20,830 bases of DNA, from positions 1 to 20,830 of the forward strand of contig NW_021823916.1 in the NCBI RefSeq assembly GCF_006345805.1, read 5' to 3'. This document shows positions 17,003 to 20,830 of this stretch, piece by piece. Position numbers and translations under genes: made by a program. A model generated the notes under the pieces. That model was not told the DNA's origin, ran no database searches, and worked only from the letters and a program-made list of their open reading frames with translations. Numbering within the stretch: position 1 is the stretch's first letter; each line of letters starts with the position of its first letter. The stretch is from Octopus sinensis. Lineage: Eukaryota.

Positions 17003-17427
17003 TACTCTTTTACTCTTTTACTTGTTTCAGTCATTTTGACTGCGGCCATGCTGGAGCACCGCCTTTAATCGAGCAACTCGACCCCGGGACTTATTCTTTT
17101 GTAAGCCCAGTACTTATTCTATCGGTCTCTTTTGCCGAACCGCTAAGTAACGGGGACATAAACACACCAGCATCGGTTGTCAAGCAATGTTAGGGGGACA
17201 AACACAGACACACAAACACACACACGCCTTATATATATATATATATATATATACATATATACAAACAGGCTTCTTATCAGTTTCCGTCTACCAAATCCAC
17301 TCACAAGGCTTTGGTCGGCCCGAGGCTATAGTAGAAGACTCTTGCCCAAGGTGCCACGAAGTGGGACTGAACCCCGAACCATGTGGTTGGTAAGCAAGCT
17401 ACTTACCACACAGCCACTCCTGTGCCT
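17003..17427 (-). mobile_element. CORE-type SINE, full length, CpG-rich (young)
   Basis: Complete reverse copy that retains many CpGs. Confidence 0.92.
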
Positions 17428-17650
17428 GTGTATGTGTGTGCATATATGTGTCTGTGAGAGTATATGTGTGTATGTGAGTGTGTTTCTAGGCATGTGGTTT
17501 TGTGTATTTGTGCCTGTATGTGTGTGTATGAGTGTGTGTGTTTGTATGTGTGAAAGTGTGTTTGTGCGTATGTGTATGAGTATGTGTTTGTATGTGTGTG
17601 AGGTTGTTTTTATTTGTGTGCGTGAGTGTATATGTGTGAGTTTGTGTTTA
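17428..17650. repeat. Degenerate (TG)n tract
   Basis: Low-complexity tg sequence. Confidence 0.9.
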
Positions 17651-17935
17651 TACTCTTTTCTCTTTTACTCTTTTACTTGTTTCAGTCACCTGATTGTGGC
17701 TATGCTGGAGCACCGCCTTTAGTCGAGCAAATCGACCCCGGGACTTATTCTTTGTAAGCCTAGCACTTATTCTATCGTCACTTTTGCCGAACCACTATCG
17801 GTTGTCAAGCGATGTTGAGGGCAAAGATATACACACACATACATATGACAGGCTTCTTTCAGTTTCCGTCTACCAAATCCACTCACAAGGCTTTGGTCGG
17901 CCCGAGGTTATAGTAGAAGACACTTGCCCAAGGTG
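17651..17935 (-). mobile_element. CORE-type SINE, 5'-truncated with internal deletion
   Basis: Runs from the tail to cacttgcccaaggtgg; lacks the ~30-nt taagttacggggacgtaaacacacc segment. Confidence 0.88.
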
Positions 17936-17955
17936 GGCAAGGAATTATTACTAAG

Positions 17956-18112
17956 GAATTATTCTTAGTAAGCCTAGTATTTATTCTATCGGCCTCTTTT
18001 GCCGAACTGCATTGGCTGTCAAGTGATGTTGGGGGGACAAACACAGACACACAAACATATACATACACATACATATATATACATATATACGATGGGCTTC
18101 TTTCAGCTTCTG
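17956..18112 (-). mobile_element. CORE-type SINE internal fragment
   Basis: ggaattattcttagtaagcc...gatgggcttctttcag, with a similar internal deletion to the adjacent copy. Confidence 0.85.
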
Positions 18113-18793
18113 CCTTGCCACGTGAATACCGGGTGGTGGACTAGCGTTGCTTGGAAGGGAATGGAATAGTGTAGTAGTGAGGTAGCATAGAGAATGGGAT
18201 TGGGTTACTGCAAGTTGTTTGTTAGAGATGCTAAGGTGAGTTAAAGCTCATAAATGTTATATAATGTTTTTTGTGGGTGTGTAAGTATTGTTGTATATGT
18301 CGAGTTTAGTGAGTATGTATAGGCGTATATGTGAGGGAGTTATGTATCTTTGTGTGTGAGTGTTTTGCGTGTGAGTGTGTGTTTTGTGTGTGAATGTGTA
18401 TATGGGTTTGTTATTTAGTTTTGGGATGTATGTGTTAATTTGTCTGTGTGGGGAGGGAGTGGGGTTGTGGTATATTGAGGTTTATAAGTTAGTTATAGTA
18501 TGGTAAGTCGTGAGTCTGTGGTTTACGTGTGTGTGTAGTGTGTGTGAATGTTTAGGTTAGGGGGTTTACTTTATAGGTTTGTTATAGAGTTTAGCAAGGG
18601 AGATTTTATCGTTATATGTTTTTAAGAGTTTGTTTTATCATGGTTTTTTTTTTAGGGAATTCGTGGTAATTAGTCTATATTTTCGTTGGATTATATAGGT
18701 TATATATGGATTATATACTTATATTTTTCATTTTTAACTTAATTATTAAAAGTATTATTTTATATTTAAAATTTTGATTTTTTAGATTGAAGT

Positions 18794-18836
18794 CCACTGA
18801 AGATTGTCGATCAACAAGAAGAAACGATTGTAGTGG
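18794..18836 (+). ncRNA. Solo hammerhead-like motif, degenerate
   Basis: CUGAAGA 18797-18803; ttgt/acaa helix II; extra gaa; GAAA 18821-18824; ACGAUUGU (decayed ACGAUCGU palindrome) then A; gtgg pairs with ccac. Confidence 0.5.
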
Positions 18837-19244
18837 CGGTTTTTTTTTGACTATTTATTAAATTTTATGTATTGAATTAAGTCTTTCCTTGTTTGTTTTG
18901 CAAAATAGTGGTTTTGTCTCAAATAATATTTTATATATATATATATATATAATATACATATCAATACATACATAAGCATATGCATATATGTATGTATGTA
19001 TGTATAATTTTGGTGTGTTTATCTATGTGGGTTTTTTTTTTCTTTTTTCAACAAAAAGGTAGATTTCATTTGAACAAGAATGCCATGCATACATCACCAA
19101 AGAATATAAATTCATGACAATGGTTAACTTGAGTTATTTCCCTTTGCTCGCATTTTCTAATTTGCTATTGGGGAAAATCCGTCATCACTCTTTTCTACTC
19201 ATAAATATCTCTGTCCACTGTGCAAAACACATTCACCTGGATTA

Positions 19245-19290
19245 TACTTCCCTGAAGAAGCCTAACAAGGTAGAAACTGGTCTGTAACTG
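19245..19290 (+). ncRNA. Solo hammerhead-like motif, decayed
   Basis: CUGAAGA 19252-19258; a-gcct/aggt-a; GAAA 19273-19276; C-ug-GUC. Helix I does not pair. Confidence 0.35.
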
Positions 19291-19444
19291 TCATCCTATC
19301 TGATTATAAGTGTTACACCTCTGTTCACCCCACACAAAGCACAAAAATTTAATTTTCTGTGAAATTAATTCTTAATTTGTTACTGTTATTTCCCTTTGGG
19401 AATTTTCGTTAGGTGTTTGTTTCCTTTCCCCTATATAGGTGCAT

Positions 19445-19600
19445 GCATGACTCCATAGTAAGAAGTTTGCTTCTCAACCACATGGCTCCAGGTTCAGTCT
19501 CATTGCTTGTCACATTAGGAAAATGTCTTCTTCTATAGCCCCAGGCTGACCAAAGCCTTGTGAGTGGATTTGGTAAACAGAAAAGAAAAGCAGTCATTCA
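19445..19600 (+). mobile_element. Old CORE-type SINE 5' half
   Basis: gtaagaagtttgcttctcaaccacatggctccaggttcagtc...gccttgtgagtggatttggtaaacag. Confidence 0.8.
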
Positions 19601-19605
19601 TATAT

Positions 19606-19960
19606 ATCTTTTATCTTTTACTCTTTTACTTGTTTCAGTCATTTGACTGCAGCCATGCTGGAGCACCGCCTTTAGTCGAGTAAATCGACCCCAGGACTTA
19701 TTCTTTGTAAGCCTAGTACTTATTCTGTCAGTCTCTTTTGTTGAACCGCTAAGTTACGAGGACGTAAACATACAAGCATCGGTTGTCAAGCGATGTTGTG
19801 GGGACAAACACAGACACACAAACATATACACATATACATATATACGACAGGCTTCTTTCAGTTTCCTTCTACCAAATCCACTCACAAGGCTTTGGTCGGC
19901 CCGAGGCTATAGTAGAAGACACTTGCCCAAGGTGCCATGCAGTGGGAATGACCCCCGAAC
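19606..19960 (-). mobile_element. CORE-type SINE, head truncated
   Basis: Runs from the tail to gcagtgggaatgacccccgaac. Confidence 0.9.
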
Positions 19961-19964
19961 AATA

Positions 19965-20048
19965 CCATACATACATACATACATACATATATATTATAAT
20001 ATATATATATAATATATATATGTATATATATATATACATATATATATA

Positions 20049-20104
<56 letters not shown>

Positions 20105-20180
20105 TATATATATACATACATACATACACACACATGTATAGATATATATTATATATATGTATATATATATATACATATAT
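19965..20180. repeat. (TACA)n/(TA)n microsatellite
   Basis: Long interrupted run. Confidence 0.95.
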
Positions 20181-20269
20181 AGTGTACTGTTCCGTGATGG
20201 CAAGATCAACAAAAAAGTATTCCATCTGGTGAGAGTTAAATATCATTTAATAAACACAATATATATTTT

Positions 20270-20497
20270 TATGTGTTTCTATTAGTTTCATGTGATGAAA
20301 GCATCTTAGTATTTTTTAACATATCTGGTGCCTTTGCATAATCTTCAATCAATGGCCACATGGCATCACAAGCTATTGCACTATTTTTGGCTTGTTATAC
20401 AACGTAGACATTGCCTGAAGATTGTACTAAGGCACCAGACATGTTAAAAAATGCTGTCTGAGATGCTTTCATCACATGAAACTAATAGAAACACATA
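20270..20497. mobile_element. Fold-back element 4 with decayed hammerhead-like motif
   Basis: Arms 20270-20354 and 20409-20497 are reverse complements. The right arm has CUGAAGA (20415-20421) and GAAAC (20478-20482). Confidence 0.55.
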
Positions 20498-20506
20498 GAA
20501 CCATAT

Positions 20507-20760
20507 ATACTCTTTACTCTCTCTTTTACTCTTTTACTTGTTTCAGTCATTTGACTGTGGCCATGCTGGAGCACCACCTTTAGTTGAACAAATCACCCCC
20601 AGGACTTATTCTTTGTAAGCCTAGTACTTATTCTATCAGTCCCTTTTGCCAAACCACTTAGTTACCGGAATGTAAACATACCAGCATCGGTTGTCAAGCA
20701 ATGTTGGGGGGGGACAAACACAGACCCGCAAACATATACACACTCATACATACATATATA
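20507..20760 (-). mobile_element. CORE-type SINE 3' half
   Basis: Runs from the tail tactcttttacttgtttcagtc to ggacaaacacag and the CA/TA tract. Confidence 0.9.
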
Positions 20761-20830
20761 CATATATATATATTATATATATATATATTGTTATATTTCG
20801 GAATGGTCATATTGCCAGTTTAGCCAATAA

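Noticed and set aside
15880-17193. Overlapping 90-180 aa ORFs
   Set aside because: Degenerate (TG)n tract running into a SINE tail.
18130-18720. Mitochondrial insertion (NUMT), suggested by G/T skew
   Set aside because: An open stretch exists in the invertebrate mitochondrial code but resembles no mitochondrial protein, tRNA or rRNA that I can recognise.

Overview
This is a eukaryotic, repeat-saturated, non-coding window; no intact protein-coding gene, CRISPR array or functional RNA gene is supported. The SINE families and the very dense (TA)n/(CA)n/(CAT)n repeats point to an octopus (coleoid cephalopod) intron or intergenic region; this is inferred from recalled repeat families, not from a database search. 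Almost all ORFs in the supplied track are microsatellite or transposon shadow frames. Supported content: (1) about 15 copies or fragments of a tRNA-derived CORE-type SINE and 4 copies of a second tRNA-derived SINE, several with clean TSDs; (2) decayed mariner, RTE (two types) and CRE-like coding relics; (3) a hAT-type MITE with an 8-bp TSD, two TTAA/piggyBac-like MITEs split by nested insertions, and a Helitron 3' end; (4) a ~780-bp 28S rRNA pseudogene. The most interesting signal is four unrelated long inverted repeats (66-231, 1922-2183, 8775-9258, 20270-20497). Each carries type I hammerhead ribozyme motifs (CUGANGA...GAAA with a palindromic helix III), of the kind known from Penelope-like pLTRs, yet there is no Penelope ORF in the window. 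Two or three further solo hammerhead relics are also present. One hammerhead (minus strand, 8919-8991) looks fully intact. It lies downstream of a minus-strand chimera, SINE tRNA head -> 28S fragment ending at the D7a hidden-break segment -> fold-back ribozyme element. All alignments and folds were done by eye.
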